Assembly: GCA_019423565.1 (NCBI GenBank)
Contig: JAHZBE010000002.1
Coordinates: 83,692 to 147,691, forward strand
Direction of reading: 5' to 3'
DNA: 64,000 nucleotides
Source of the DNA: a bacterium
GTDB lineage: Bacteria; Bacillota_I; Bacilli_A; RF39; UBA660
Part shown: piece after piece, positions 1 to 10,074 of the stretch
Numbering within the stretch: the stretch's first letter is position 1
How the letters are laid out: every line of letters begins with the position of its first letter
Made by a program: the position numbers and the translations under genes
Notes under the pieces: generated by a model
What the model was told of the DNA's origin: nothing
Databases searched by the model: none
Seen by the model: only the letters and a program-made list of their open reading frames with translations

Positions 1-275
1 ATAATTATACAACAAAAAAAACATTTTTTTAGTACATAACTTAATAATTCTGATAGAAATGTTATAAATATAAATTAAAATTAGCATCCTTATTCTCTTG
101 ATAAATACCCAAATGTGTTATTGTTTATTTTATTTTAAATGAAAAAATCAGACTTATTTAAAAGATAAGAAGATGATTACTAATGAATAAAGAAAATGAC
201 CCAAGATATAGAATTATTGTAAGGAACTTGAAAACAAATGATACAATATCATTAAATTTATAAAAACCTATCAAT

Positions 276-306
276 AAAAAAAGACTAGTTATTTTTCAAA
301 CTAATC
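276..306 (-). terminator. Rho-independent terminator downstream of the TetR gene
   Basis: On the minus strand the stem is GATTAGTT/AACTAGTC (one G-U pair) followed by a 7-T run, 30 nt after the stop at 336. Confidence 0.6.
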
Positions 307-335
307 TCCTCATCAAATTACTATTTTATACTTTT

Positions 336-890
336 TCAATTTACAGATAAACATGCATGATCAATCGTACCGGTAATAAGACTACTTACTTTAGCAACAA
401 TTAGTTCAGGATTTTCATGCATTCCATTATCTATCCAATTTAAAACTATAGAAACAAAAGAATATTTATAAAAATCTGTTATAAATTTTTTATCTTCTTC
501 TCGCAAGTCTTTACCTTTAGATTTTTCAACTATTTCATTATATATTATAGGATACACTAATCTATACAAATTACTTCTTAATACTTCTACGGAAACAGAA
601 TTGTAAATATTATTTATAAAAATTTTTTCTTGTTCCATTATTTTAAAAATAAGTAAAAATTTATCTTCCCATTTTTCACATTCATCTTTTTTCTCTAATA
701 AATTATCAACTTCATCTATACAAATCCACTCAATTAAATCTCTTATATCTTGAAAATGATAATAAAATGTTTGTCTATTTATATCACATTTATTTGCAAT
801 ATCATTAACTGTTATTTTATTAAAAGGTTTTTCTTTTAATAAATCTTTAAACGTATATGCTATTGCTTTCTTTGTAGTTAAACTGCTCAT
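336..890 (-). CDS. TetR/AcrR-family transcriptional regulator
   Basis: 184-aa ORF with an N-terminal TetR-type HTH (KPFNKITVNDIANKCDINRQTFYYHF). It lies directly downstream of and co-oriented with the oleate hydratase gene. Confidence 0.8.
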   Translation of the reverse strand: MSSLTTKKAIAYTFKDLLKEKPFNKITVNDIANKCDINRQTFYYHFQDIRDLIEWICIDEVDNLLEKKDECEKWEDKFLLIFKIMEQEKIFINNIYNSVSVEVLRSNLYRLVYPIIYNEIVEKSKGKDLREEDKKFITDFYKYSFVSIVLNWIDNGMHENPELIVAKVSSLITGTIDHACLSVN

Positions 891-955
891 TATTTATCAC
901 CTATTATATATTATACATTAAAAAAAATATGAAATAAACATTTCATATTTAATTT

Positions 956-2746
956 TTATTTAAATAAACCACTTTCTTTAAATAATATTTCAAGATCAGT
1001 TCCTTTAATTTTCTTTTCAACTATTTTTATAGCTTGTTTTTCAGCAAATGTTAATGGAAGTTCATCAACTGACTTTTTATCTACAGCGTAATAACATGCT
1101 TTTAATAGTTCTCTAACATCATATTTACTACCCCAAACTTCAGGCACAGCTCTATCAACTTTTAAAAGTGTATAAACAGCTTCCATACCTGTACGAATAG
1201 AATATTCTGTAGTAAATATTGTATCTCTTGGTGTTTCTGCAAATTGTCCAACAAATGCAAAGTTAATTGATTCTTTTGGTACTACAAGTGGTCTATCTTT
1301 TTCTTCACGTGGTTGGAAAAATGCATTTATATATGGCATATAACATGTTGTTGTATTACATTTATCAGCATACTTTTCAATTTCATTAGTTGGAATTCCT
1401 ATATGATATAACCATTCTTCACATATTTCTTTTCCTGTACATGTTTTTATTGCTTTCTCTATAAAGTTACCTGGTTTATTAGTATTTAAAGCATATACCC
1501 AAACTAAAATACTATTTTTATTTTGAGATTTAAATTGTGGTTGTCTATTAATTGTCCAAGATAAATACCAATTTTCTGTACTATCTTTTACAGTTACAAT
1601 TCCTCCTGTTGTAACCTTTCCTTTTCTTGGATCACGTTTACATATATTTATAATATGTTTAATTATATTTTCATCACTTACTTCTATAGTCGCACTCATC
1701 CAGTTTGTTAAATCTACATTACCACAGAATTTATCTGGATTACCAAATTCACCATTAGAAGCCTGTGAAGCAATATTTTTCCATAAATTCCATGATTCAC
1801 CATTTCCATTTTTTATTTTTGATAAATCTGGTGCATTATTTTGATCTCCATAACAAGATGTATCTGTACAACAGCCATTTGTAATAAATACTAAATCGTC
1901 TTCTATTAAATCTATTGTTTTTTCTTGTCCATTATTTTCATATATAATTTGAGTTGCTACTTTTTTATTTTGTTTAGATTCAAATATAACATTTTTAACA
2001 TCTATTCCATATTCAATTTTTACACCATTACTTTCTAAATATTTTGTAAGTGGTAAAATCATTGATTCATATTGATTATATTTTGTGAATCTTAAAGCTG
2101 AAAAATCTGGTAATCCATCTATATGATGAACATATCTACATAGATATCTTTTCATTTCTAATGCAGATGACCATTTTTGAAATGCAAACATTGTTTGCCA
2201 ATATAACCAAAAATTTGTTTCCCAAAATGAGTCTGGCAATACATCTGATATTTTTTTATTTTCTAAATCCTTTTCTGGTGTAATAAATAATTTGGATAAT
2301 GCAATTGCTGATTTTCTATCAAGTTTAAACATTTTATCAGTATGTGCATCTTCACCACAATTTATAGTTGCTCTGCATAGTGAATAATTTGGATCATGTT
2401 TATTAAGCCAATAATATTCATCTAATACAGAAACATTTGGTGTTTCAATTGATGGAACACTTCTAAACATATCCCACATACATTCGAAGTGATTATCCAT
2501 TTCACGTCCACCACGCATATAAAATCCTTTAGTGACATCTTTTCTTCCATCACATGAGCCACCGGCTAAATCTAATTTTTCTAACAAATGAATATGTTCA
2601 CCTTTCATTTGTCCATCTCTTACTAAATAGAATGCTGCTGAAAGTCCTGCTAAACCTGTACCAATTATATAAGCAGATTTTTTATCTACTCCTTCTGGTT
2701 TTTCTGGGCGAGCAAAAGCTTCATATGTTCCTGATCCATAATACAT
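956..2746 (-). CDS. ohyA: Oleate hydratase (MCRA family, FAD-dependent)
   Basis: 596 aa. N-terminal FAD fold motif IIGTGLAGLSAAFYL, then the GGREMDNHFECMWDMF stretch typical of the myosin-cross-reactive-antigen/oleate hydratase family. Confidence 0.85.
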   Translation of the reverse strand: MYYGSGTYEAFARPEKPEGVDKKSAYIIGTGLAGLSAAFYLVRDGQMKGEHIHLLEKLDLAGGSCDGRKDVTKGFYMRGGREMDNHFECMWDMFRSVPSIETPNVSVLDEYYWLNKHDPNYSLCRATINCGEDAHTDKMFKLDRKSAIALSKLFITPEKDLENKKISDVLPDSFWETNFWLYWQTMFAFQKWSSALEMKRYLCRYVHHIDGLPDFSALRFTKYNQYESMILPLTKYLESNGVKIEYGIDVKNVIFESKQNKKVATQIIYENNGQEKTIDLIEDDLVFITNGCCTDTSCYGDQNNAPDLSKIKNGNGESWNLWKNIASQASNGEFGNPDKFCGNVDLTNWMSATIEVSDENIIKHIINICKRDPRKGKVTTGGIVTVKDSTENWYLSWTINRQPQFKSQNKNSILVWVYALNTNKPGNFIEKAIKTCTGKEICEEWLYHIGIPTNEIEKYADKCNTTTCYMPYINAFFQPREEKDRPLVVPKESINFAFVGQFAETPRDTIFTTEYSIRTGMEAVYTLLKVDRAVPEVWGSKYDVRELLKACYYAVDKKSVDELPLTFAEKQAIKIVEKKIKGTDLEILFKESGLFK

Positions 2747-2985
2747 AAATATCCCTCCTCATATGATCATTAATTAAATTGTATTATTTTCAACATTTTT
2801 ATTCAATAATCAATTTTTGAGGTATGTAAAAATATTAATACACTAAAATAAAATTGGAGTAATATCTATACATTAACGTTCAATTGTAATAATTTTATAT
2901 TATATAGTATTTCAATTCAAATTACTATTTATCTATTTAATATTATAATATTTATTTTTTTATTAATTATCATATTCACTAGAAC

Positions 2986-3013
2986 AAAAAAAATGAATCA
3001 TTAATAATTCATT
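2986..3013 (-). terminator. Rho-independent terminator overlapping the stop of the 62-aa ORF
   Basis: Stem AATGAAT/ATTCATT (2992-2998 / 3007-3013) followed on the minus strand by an 8-T run. Confidence 0.55.
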
Positions 3014-3189
3014 CTAAACGATACAACTATATGTATTGATTTTCTCAATATTATATGATCTCCATAAATATAAGTAATTTTAGGAAGTACTGCTTTTTTA
3101 TCTTCTTCAAAACCAATTATTTCATTAATTTCTTCAATAGAATTTTCTTTTTCATAAAATTTCCCTCCTAAAAAAACTGCTTGAAACAA
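3001..3189 (-). CDS. Hypothetical small protein (62 aa)
   Basis: ORF only, with no recognisable motif. Its 3' end plus terminator is repeated at 4400-4460, which suggests a real or formerly real gene. Confidence 0.25.
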   Translation of the reverse strand: MFQAVFLGGKFYEKENSIEEINEIIGFEEDKKAVLPKITYIYGDHIILRKSIHIVVSFRMNY

Positions 3190-3221
3190 TTATAACATAT
3201 GATTTATATACTTACAATTTG

Positions 3222-3668
3222 TTATTTATTTTTTTTAGATTTAGTATTATCTTCTTCTATTACAGTATTTTTGCATTCTAGTTTCTTTAATACACCATTA
3301 ATAACTAAATTGATTCCATATCCAATCGCTATACCTCCAATTATAATTAAAACAATTTCATGTAAATTAAATCTATTTGCAGTAAAAGACCATATTCCTG
3401 CGATAGTTCCACAAACAATCATTGAACCAGAGGAAATATAATTTGTTTTTTCATTGCTATCTTTAAAAATCATATCATTACCCAATAGATTATCAACGCT
3501 TGTTTCAAGAGTTTTTGAAAGTAATAATAATTGTTCTGGATTAGGGGATGTTTCACCTAGTTCCCAGTTTGATATTGTTTGTCTTGATACATTTATTTTT
3601 TCTGCCATATATTCTTGTGAAAAACCTCTTTCTTTTCTTAAATTATAAATATTTTTATTAAGTCCCAT
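3222..3668 (-). CDS. XRE-family HTH regulator with C-terminal transmembrane segments
   Basis: 148 aa. N-terminal Cro/C1-type HTH (RKERGFSQEYMAEKINVSRQTISNWELGETSP) and a hydrophobic C-terminal half (IVCGTIAGIWSF..., LIIIGGIAIGYGINLVI). Confidence 0.75.
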   Translation of the reverse strand: MGLNKNIYNLRKERGFSQEYMAEKINVSRQTISNWELGETSPNPEQLLLLSKTLETSVDNLLGNDMIFKDSNEKTNYISSGSMIVCGTIAGIWSFTANRFNLHEIVLIIIGGIAIGYGINLVINGVLKKLECKNTVIEEDNTKSKKNK

Positions 3669-3776
3669 AATTTTTCTCCTTCCACAAAAATTGTAATATA
3701 AATAGTATTTGCATCTCTACCAAAGATATTTATAACAATCGCAAAGATATTTAACATTTTAACAATTTTTATTTGT

Positions 3777-4327
3777 CTAATTTATATTTTTACCTAAATT
3801 ATAAGCATCTTGATATGCCTTTGTTTTTTCTATTTCCATACTTGCCATATTATCACCTATAATAACATTCTTTTCTGTGGCATTTGGTAAACACTTAATA
3901 AATCCTCTAAAAGTGTTTATTGCAATATCTAAATCATCTTTATATAGATCTTCATAAGGAGCAGCACAAGACAATATAAAATAAAACTCTTTATTACTTA
4001 ATAAATTAAACTTTGCATAACTTCTATCAATTAAAGTTTTCATTTGACCTGTAATAGAATAAAAGTATATTGGACTTGCTAGAACAATGATATCTGCCTT
4101 AATCATCTTTTCTAATATTTCTGATACATCGTCTTTGTACACACAAGTACCTCCATTTTTTTGACAGGTATTACATCCTAAACAATAGTTAATTTTTTAC
4201 CCTTTAATTCTAATAATTCAACATTATTTAAAGAATCTTTTGCTCCTTTTTCAAACTGTTCACATAACTTTTTTGTATTTCTTGTTCCACTCATTGATGA
4301 AGATATAATTAATATATTTTTACTCAC
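3777..4327 (-). pseudogene. Flavodoxin-like / NAD(P)H-dependent FMN reductase family gene, frameshifted
   Basis: GTG start at 4327 with a GGAGAG RBS gives MSKNILIISSSMSGTRNTKKLCEQFEKG...LKGKK. The frame breaks in the T6 run at 4193-4198. It resumes as KINYCLGCNTCQKNGGTCVYKDDV, joining the 121-aa ORF 3777-4142. One extra base in the run restores a single ORF. Confidence 0.7.
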
Positions 4328-4399
4328 TAAAATCTCTCCTTTATAAATTACTATCTATATAATTATACCATTTATTGATTTATTAATCATAATATTCAT

Positions 4400-4430
4400 A
4401 AAAAAGAATGAACTATTAACAATTCATTCT
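4400..4430 (-). terminator. Rho-independent terminator
   Basis: 8-bp stem AGAATGAA/TTCATTCT (4405-4412 / 4423-4430) with a T-run on the minus strand. It is part of a repeat shared with 2986-3043. Confidence 0.5.
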
Positions 4431-4645
4431 AAACAATATAGCAACATACTATTTTAATTTTACGCATATTCATATTTATTCTTATTTTTTATAAAATACA
4501 TTATACTAATAATTGTTGATCTACAAATATTTCTAAGCATACAAATAATACTCTTACATTTTAGGTTAATTATCTTACATAAAATTATATTATATTTTTT
4601 ATAATTACATAACAACTCGTTTAAAATAATTAATAAAGATTGTAA

Positions 4646-4675
4646 TAAAAAAACCAACATTAGTTTATGTTGGCT
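4646..4675 (-). terminator. Rho-independent terminator of the transporter gene
   Basis: Stem CCAACAT/ATGTTGG (4654-4660 / 4667-4673) followed on the minus strand by an 8-T run, about 10 nt after the stop at 4684. Confidence 0.65.
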
Positions 4676-4683
4676 CTATAAAA

Positions 4684-5850
4684 TCAGTTGATAAATTTTT
4701 TCTTACAATATTTATTATATACTAACATTTGTAATAATATACTAAGTGATAAAATTGCAGCGACTATTCTTAAATTATTTAAATTAAATGCATATACAAC
4801 TGGTATTAATAAAATTAGTTCACTGAATGCTTTTCCAAATCCATGGATAGCTTCACCTAAAAATGTATATTCTAATTGATATTTAGTTAAAGTTTTATTT
4901 GAACTTATATTAAATACAGCAGTATCTACTAAAATTTGAGTAATTTTATACGCAATATTAAATACAATATTATAAATTATAAATACTGTAAATGAGTTTG
5001 TAAAAATAATTGGTATTGTTACAATTAAGATTGCTAGTGCTGAAATTAAAAAGGCATTTTTGTTTCCTTTTTCTTTTAAATATTTTTTAACTAGTAAAGA
5101 AGTAATTAAACCTAAAAGAGCAAAAACCGCATTTAAATTTCCTAAACTTGACTCTGAACCTAATGTTAAGAAAATTATAAAAGTAATAGTAGTATCTAAT
5201 CCACCTCTAAATCCCATACCTTCAAAGAAAACAATTTTATATATTTCTTTCGCTTGTTCATCTTTAAGGGCATATTTAATGTTTGATAATTTTATAGGAT
5301 TAATATCAAATGTATACTCATCCAAGTAAAAAGTAGAAATAACAGCAATAAATACTAATGAAATGATTATAGTTAACAAAATAGCATATGATGTATTTAC
5401 TATTACATAACCCATTCCAATTGTTGAGATAATTGATATTATACTTGTTACAACACTATTATAAGAAAATATTTTTTTAAATTGATCATCATTTTTAAAA
5501 TTATATAAAATCATTTTATATGCTGACCAATATAACAAACTTGTAGCACAATCTAAAACTGCAAAAAGATATATATAATTTTTAACATTACTACCTAAAA
5601 ATAATAAAACTAATAAACATAATCCATTTGAAAGTAAACCAATACGGTATACATTTAATACATTATTTTTGTTTAACAATTTTAAAGATAAAAAAGAAAA
5701 AATCCAATTTAATGAATATTTTAATGTATAATATAGAACTACACTAATAAAATTACCACCTGTTATTTTTAAAAAATATATAGCTAAAAATAGTGATGTA
5801 AATTTACTTACGATACTATTAATAGAATGTGTAAATACAATTTTTTTCAT
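4684..5850 (-). CDS. Polytopic membrane transporter (MFS-like)
   Basis: About 12 hydrophobic segments. I prefer the ATG at 5850 (MKKIVFTH...), which has a GTGGGAG RBS at 5858-5864, over the track start at 5898. Confidence 0.5.
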   Translation of the reverse strand: MKKIVFTHSINSIVSKFTSLFLAIYFLKITGGNFISVVLYYTLKYSLNWIFSFLSLKLLNKNNVLNVYRIGLLSNGLCLLVLLFLGSNVKNYIYLFAVLDCATSLLYWSAYKMILYNFKNDDQFKKIFSYNSVVTSIISIISTIGMGYVIVNTSYAILLTIIISLVFIAVISTFYLDEYTFDINPIKLSNIKYALKDEQAKEIYKIVFFEGMGFRGGLDTTITFIIFLTLGSESSLGNLNAVFALLGLITSLLVKKYLKEKGNKNAFLISALAILIVTIPIIFTNSFTVFIIYNIVFNIAYKITQILVDTAVFNISSNKTLTKYQLEYTFLGEAIHGFGKAFSELILLIPVVYAFNLNNLRIVAAILSLSILLQMLVYNKYCKKKFIN

Positions 5851-5940
5851 ATTTTTACTCCCACTTTTATTATACTTAATATTGTAATTATACATCAAAT
5901 TTTAAAAAGATACTATAAATTAATATAAAAATTAATTAAA

Positions 5941-6419
5941 TTATGCTTTTGGACCTTTCCAGTTTTCAAATTTATCTTTTAATTCTTTTAACTGTTTTGT
6001 ACCAATAGTTATAATTCCATCTTTAATTTGTTTATCTTCTATAGCTATTGGGTTACAACCATCTTCTATAAGATTATCAAGTTCATCAATTGCAAACATA
6101 TTACCACAATTTTGGCATTGAATTTTATTTCCAACTTGTACGAAATATGCATATGGAGAACCACCACATGATTGACAAGTATTTATAACCACCTTTACAT
6201 TTTCATTTGAATCCTTAACTGCAAGTAATCCGATAGTTACTCCTTCATATTCATAACTAATATAAACACTTTATCTGTAATATCATTTTCTTTAATTATA
6301 ATATTCCCATCTTTATCCATATTAGACTTTACTATTTTTCCTGTTATTTTTTGTAATCTTGCTGGGGCATTAGAATCAGTAACATTTTCTTTCGAAGTAC
6401 AACCAGTTAGCATAAACAT
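5941..6419 (-). pseudogene. DUF2318-like Cys-rich lipoprotein, frameshifted
   Basis: ORF 6237-6419 has a lipobox (MLTGCTS). ORF 5941-6192 carries CxxC...CxxC (CQSCGG...CQNCGN...DGCNP). The downstream frame is open back to 6270 (SVYISYEYEGVTIGLLAVKD...), so a 1-nt indel between about 6256 and 6272 splits one gene. Confidence 0.6.
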
Positions 6420-6457
6420 AGTTACGAATATTATTAATACAGCATATACTTTTTTAA

Positions 6458-6691
6458 TTATTCTTTTTCTCCAATATTAACAATTTTATAATCTAATTTA
6501 CTAATTGAATTTTTTATATCATCATTACTAATACTTTTTGTAGAATAAATAGTTGCTGTTTTATTCTTTAAATTTACTTTTACTTTAGAAACACCATTTA
6601 ACTCTGATAAAGCCCTTTCAACTTTCATTTTACAATGTTCACACATCATTCCTTCAATAGTAATTACTTTCTTTATTTTTTTATTAAACAT
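6458..6691 (-). CDS. copZ: Heavy-metal-associated (HMA) copper chaperone
   Basis: 77 aa with the GMMCEHC metal-binding motif and an HMA-fold-length protein. Confidence 0.8.
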   Translation of the reverse strand: MFNKKIKKVITIEGMMCEHCKMKVERALSELNGVSKVKVNLKNKTATIYSTKSISNDDIKNSISKLDYKIVNIGEKE

Positions 6692-6694
6692 ATA

Positions 6695-6787
6695 TTATCT
6701 CTCCTTCCATCTTTTTAATCTTAATGCATTTATTATAACTGTAAAACTAGATAATGTCATTGCTAGTCCCGCAATCATTGGGTTCAT
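6695..6787 (-). pseudogene. copA: 3'-terminal remnant of a P-type heavy-metal ATPase (copA-like)
   Basis: 30 codons, MNPMIAGLAMTLSSFTVIINALRLKRWKER*, match the conserved C-terminus of P1B ATPases (NPxIAxxAMxxSSxxVxxNALRL). The stop of the upstream unrelated ORF (6788-6790) abuts it. The rest of copA is absent. Confidence 0.7.
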
Positions 6788-7327
6788 TTAAATATTAATT
6801 GACTCTAATAATCTACACTCATCAGAATCCTGTACACACATAAAACTTTCTAATTCTATTTTCTTAATATGATTCTTATCAGATGAATTTGTAAAATACA
6901 ATTTTATTAGATATCCATTTAATTCTTTTACATTATTTCCATATGGCTCAATTAAAATATTTGCACCATAATCCAATTTGTGATGTGTAACCCAAATAAT
7001 TTTAGTGTTATTATTGTGTTTAAATGATGCTTTAAACTTATTTTCTAACTGTATAAAATCTGTTGTTTCTAACAAATCTTTTTTCAATAATTGCTCACTT
7101 ATATTATTTGCTTTTTTGTTTGCCAAATGGGCACAATTCCTAAAATTATTGTACCAAAAAAAGATAAAATCCCAGCATAGAAGTTTAAAGCATCTCCAGC
7201 TGACCATTCACTTTCCAACCACCAAATATTAAAATCATATTTAAATAATATATTTATCATTAGTGGAACAAAAAGAATTATTAAAATTATGAATATTAAC
7301 AACAAAATTTTAACAATTTTTTTTCAT
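6788..7327 (-). pseudogene. Membrane-anchored hypothetical protein, two homopolymer frameshifts
   Basis: ATG at 7327 followed by an A8 run (plus-strand T8, 7317-7324). One base fewer gives MKKIVKILLLIFIILIIL..., joining ORF 7099-7305. A second break in the T6 run 7112-7117 joins it to ORF 6788-7207. Confidence 0.55.
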
Positions 7328-7354
7328 AAAAACTCACTTCATGTATATTATATC

Positions 7355-7386
7355 ATCAAAAAAATACTTTCGTTAAAAAGTATTTT
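7355..7386 (-). terminator. Rho-independent terminator of the lipoprotein gene
   Basis: 9-bp stem AAATACTTT/AAAGTATTT (7362-7370 / 7378-7386) and a T-run on the minus strand. Confidence 0.6.
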
Positions 7387-7403
7387 TCTTGCTTATCACA
7401 TTT

Positions 7404-8231
7404 TTAATTTTCATGTGTTTCTAAATAAATTGTCGCGCTATATTTATTAGTAGATGTGTATGCACTATTACTGGAATATGAAATACAATATTTTGATACT
7501 ATATAACACATGCCGTCTTCTGATGCTTTTTCTAATGCCTTAGAGACATTGTATGTATTAATACTTTCTGACAATGTAAGCAATGCCAAACTAAATGAAC
7601 TTTTAAATTCTTTCAACTCATCTTCTGTATCATAATATATTTTTGCTATATATTGTTCTAATTCACTATTATCAACAGAATATATTTCTAAAATATCGAT
7701 ACTAACATTTTCCTTTACAACATTATTATATATATGAATTTTATCATCCTTATAACTAATACTTTTTATATATGGGTAACTATTATTATCTGAATATTTT
7801 GTTAAAAGGGAAAGGTTAAATAAAGTATGATTATCATAGATATCTTCAAAATAATCCTTTAAATCATCATTAGATATATCATCACCATTTTTAAAATTCT
7901 TTTCTTCTAATGTTGGTATTTTTGTATATTCTAATTTTTTTATTTTTACATCATATGACTCTTTCCCATAATATGCAATACAATCTATATCCTTAGTTTG
8001 ATTAGGATCTAAATTTATTTGACATGAATCTCCTTCAACTAATGAACCACTCTTTAATTTAAAATAAACTGTTATTTTGTATTTATTATCTGTTGTATTT
8101 TTAACCTTTCCAACAATATAATTATCTTTGTATTTTAAATCTGAAAATTGAAATTTATTCATCCAAGAAATTTTACAACCACATAGTAACATTATCAATA
8201 TAAATAAAACAAATATCTTATCTTTTTTCAT
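7404..8231 (-). CDS. Lipoprotein, unknown function
   Basis: 275 aa. Signal peptide with lipobox LLCGC. No other motif recognised. Confidence 0.6.
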   Translation of the reverse strand: MKKDKIFVLFILIMLLCGCKISWMNKFQFSDLKYKDNYIVGKVKNTTDNKYKITVYFKLKSGSLVEGDSCQINLDPNQTKDIDCIAYYGKESYDVKIKKLEYTKIPTLEEKNFKNGDDISNDDLKDYFEDIYDNHTLFNLSLLTKYSDNNSYPYIKSISYKDDKIHIYNNVVKENVSIDILEIYSVDNSELEQYIAKIYYDTEDELKEFKSSFSLALLTLSESINTYNVSKALEKASEDGMCYIVSKYCISYSSNSAYTSTNKYSATIYLETHEN

Positions 8232-8249
8232 ATTTTTACCTCTCTCAAA

Positions 8250-9599
8250 TTATAAACCTGCTTGAGACACACCATATTCTGCTTGTTCTCTGGTGAATTT
8301 TTCATACATCAATTGCTTAACTAATCCTGAATGTGAAAAACTCATAACACTTAAATATTGTTTTGCTTTTTTTACTGCTTGTTCATTCCAATCCGCACCA
8401 CAATTATCAACAGCATATACTGCAGCATCATGTGGATAATTTTCATACTCGAGTTGATGAATTAAACCTAAATATGAAAATGGCATAACACTTAAATATT
8501 TTTTTGTACTACTTAATGCATTTTTATATTCTAAAGAGGGCTCTTTACCCTTTGAATAAATAAGTACAATTTTTTCATCCTTTTTTATGACTTCATTTGC
8601 ATTTATACTTTGACTAATTAATTGTCCGTTTGCTATATAGTTTGAATATTCTAAAGAGACAGAACAAGATTTTAAATTGTTTACATTACACCAATTAACA
8701 GCATCATCATATGAGATATTTTTAAAATCTATAACAGAAATCATAACTTCGTTATATTTATTTTTAACTTTTTCAATTTCATCATTAAATAAACCATACT
8801 TTTCATATGCAGTTACATATTCATAATATTTTTTACACATTTCCCTTGTACATGAATCAAATCTATTTAAATAATCTAAAATATCATTTTTTGCTTGTTC
8901 TATTTTTTCATCGGGAAGTTTCTTATATTTTTTAGATATTTTATCAAGTTCTGAATTCCAATACTTATCAAGTTTTCCACTTGATGGTTCATTTTTTGAC
9001 TTTTTCGTTTTTTGAATATTTTCTACTATAAAACTTTTTAACTCCTTATAATATGATGAATATTTTTCATTAATTTCAATTACATATGAATCAACATTAA
9101 AAATATAATTTTTTTCATTAGTAAATAAAGATTTATATTCATCGTACTCTGATAAAAATGTATTATCAATATATTTATGCAATATTTTATATTTACTATT
9201 AATAAATTTGATTTTTGCTTTTGCTTCATTTTTCGAATTATATTTGTAAACACCTATTTCAATTTCAGTATTAAAACTACTTTTTGAAGGTATTTCTATT
9301 AATGATGCTTCTACATATGAATAGTCATAATTAACATCTTTTGATTTTTCAATAATTGTTACCTTATTTCCATTTTCACCATCAAATATATACTTGTATT
9401 GATATCTATTTAAAATTTTTTCAGCCAGTATATATGTATCATTCATATTGTTTTTACTATTTAAATACATTAATAATGAAACTAAAAAGATAAAAATACT
9501 TATAGACAAAGATATGATAAATATTTTTTTACTTTTATCATTTTTTTCCCTTTCTTTATTTTTATTACTACTAACTTTCCCTTTTTCCATACTTGACAC
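8250..9599 (-). CDS. Membrane-anchored surface protein with a PASTA-like domain and two C-terminal Ltp repeats
   Basis: 449 aa with an N-terminal TM (IFIISLSISIFIFLVSLLMYL) and a PASTA-like segment (...LISQSINANEVIKKDEKIVLIYSKG). Two Ltp repeats follow: KKYLSVMPFSYLGLIHQLEYENYPHDAAVYAVDNCGADWNEQAVKKAKQYLSVMSFSHSGLVKQLMYEKFTREQAEYGVSQ. Confidence 0.7.
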   Translation of the reverse strand: MSSMEKGKVSSNKNKEREKNDKSKKIFIISLSISIFIFLVSLLMYLNSKNNMNDTYILAEKILNRYQYKYIFDGENGNKVTIIEKSKDVNYDYSYVEASLIEIPSKSSFNTEIEIGVYKYNSKNEAKAKIKFINSKYKILHKYIDNTFLSEYDEYKSLFTNEKNYIFNVDSYVIEINEKYSSYYKELKSFIVENIQKTKKSKNEPSSGKLDKYWNSELDKISKKYKKLPDEKIEQAKNDILDYLNRFDSCTREMCKKYYEYVTAYEKYGLFNDEIEKVKNKYNEVMISVIDFKNISYDDAVNWCNVNNLKSCSVSLEYSNYIANGQLISQSINANEVIKKDEKIVLIYSKGKEPSLEYKNALSSTKKYLSVMPFSYLGLIHQLEYENYPHDAAVYAVDNCGADWNEQAVKKAKQYLSVMSFSHSGLVKQLMYEKFTREQAEYGVSQAGL

Positions 9600-9710
9600 C
9601 TCTTATGGTGATTATATCACAATTTTGACACTATGTATAGAACTTTTTTCTATTATATATCAGTAATAATATTCTATGATAAGTGAGAAAATATATATAG
9701 GTGATGATTA

Positions 9711-9980
9711 ATGAATTTTAATAAAGATGATGATAGATATATTTATGAAATAGTAAGTGAAAATATTAAATATTTTAGAATGCATAATAATAGCAAATAT
9801 AGTACATATGGAAAACTAACACAGGAAAAACTTGCAGAATTATGTGATATCAGTCATAGTTTAATTAGTAATATTGAATCAAAAAAAGTTCAACAATCAT
9901 TTAGCATTGCAGTTCTTTATAGAATTTCAAGAATATTAGAAGTTGACATAAAAGAATTTTTTATAAAAAGGAATCTTTAA
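9711..9980 (+). CDS. XRE-family HTH protein
   Basis: 89 aa with a Cro/C1-type HTH (LTQEKLAELCDISHSLISNIESKK). Divergent from the Ltp-repeat gene. Confidence 0.7.
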   Translation: MNFNKDDDRYIYEIVSENIKYFRMHNNSKYSTYGKLTQEKLAELCDISHSLISNIESKKVQQSFSIAVLYRISRILEVDIKEFFIKRNL

Positions 9981-10074
9981 AGTCAAAAAAGAGAGAATAT
10001 ACTTTTAAATAGTTTCTCGCTTTTATTTTGAAATGATAATACAATTTTTAATTAGATTTTATCATTAAGATTAT

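Noticed and set aside
4460-4660. 66-aa minus-strand ORF.
   Set aside because: Its start lies inside the terminator hairpin of the upstream transporter gene. It has no RBS and an odd Cys/Ile/Lys composition. The region looks like a decayed relic instead.
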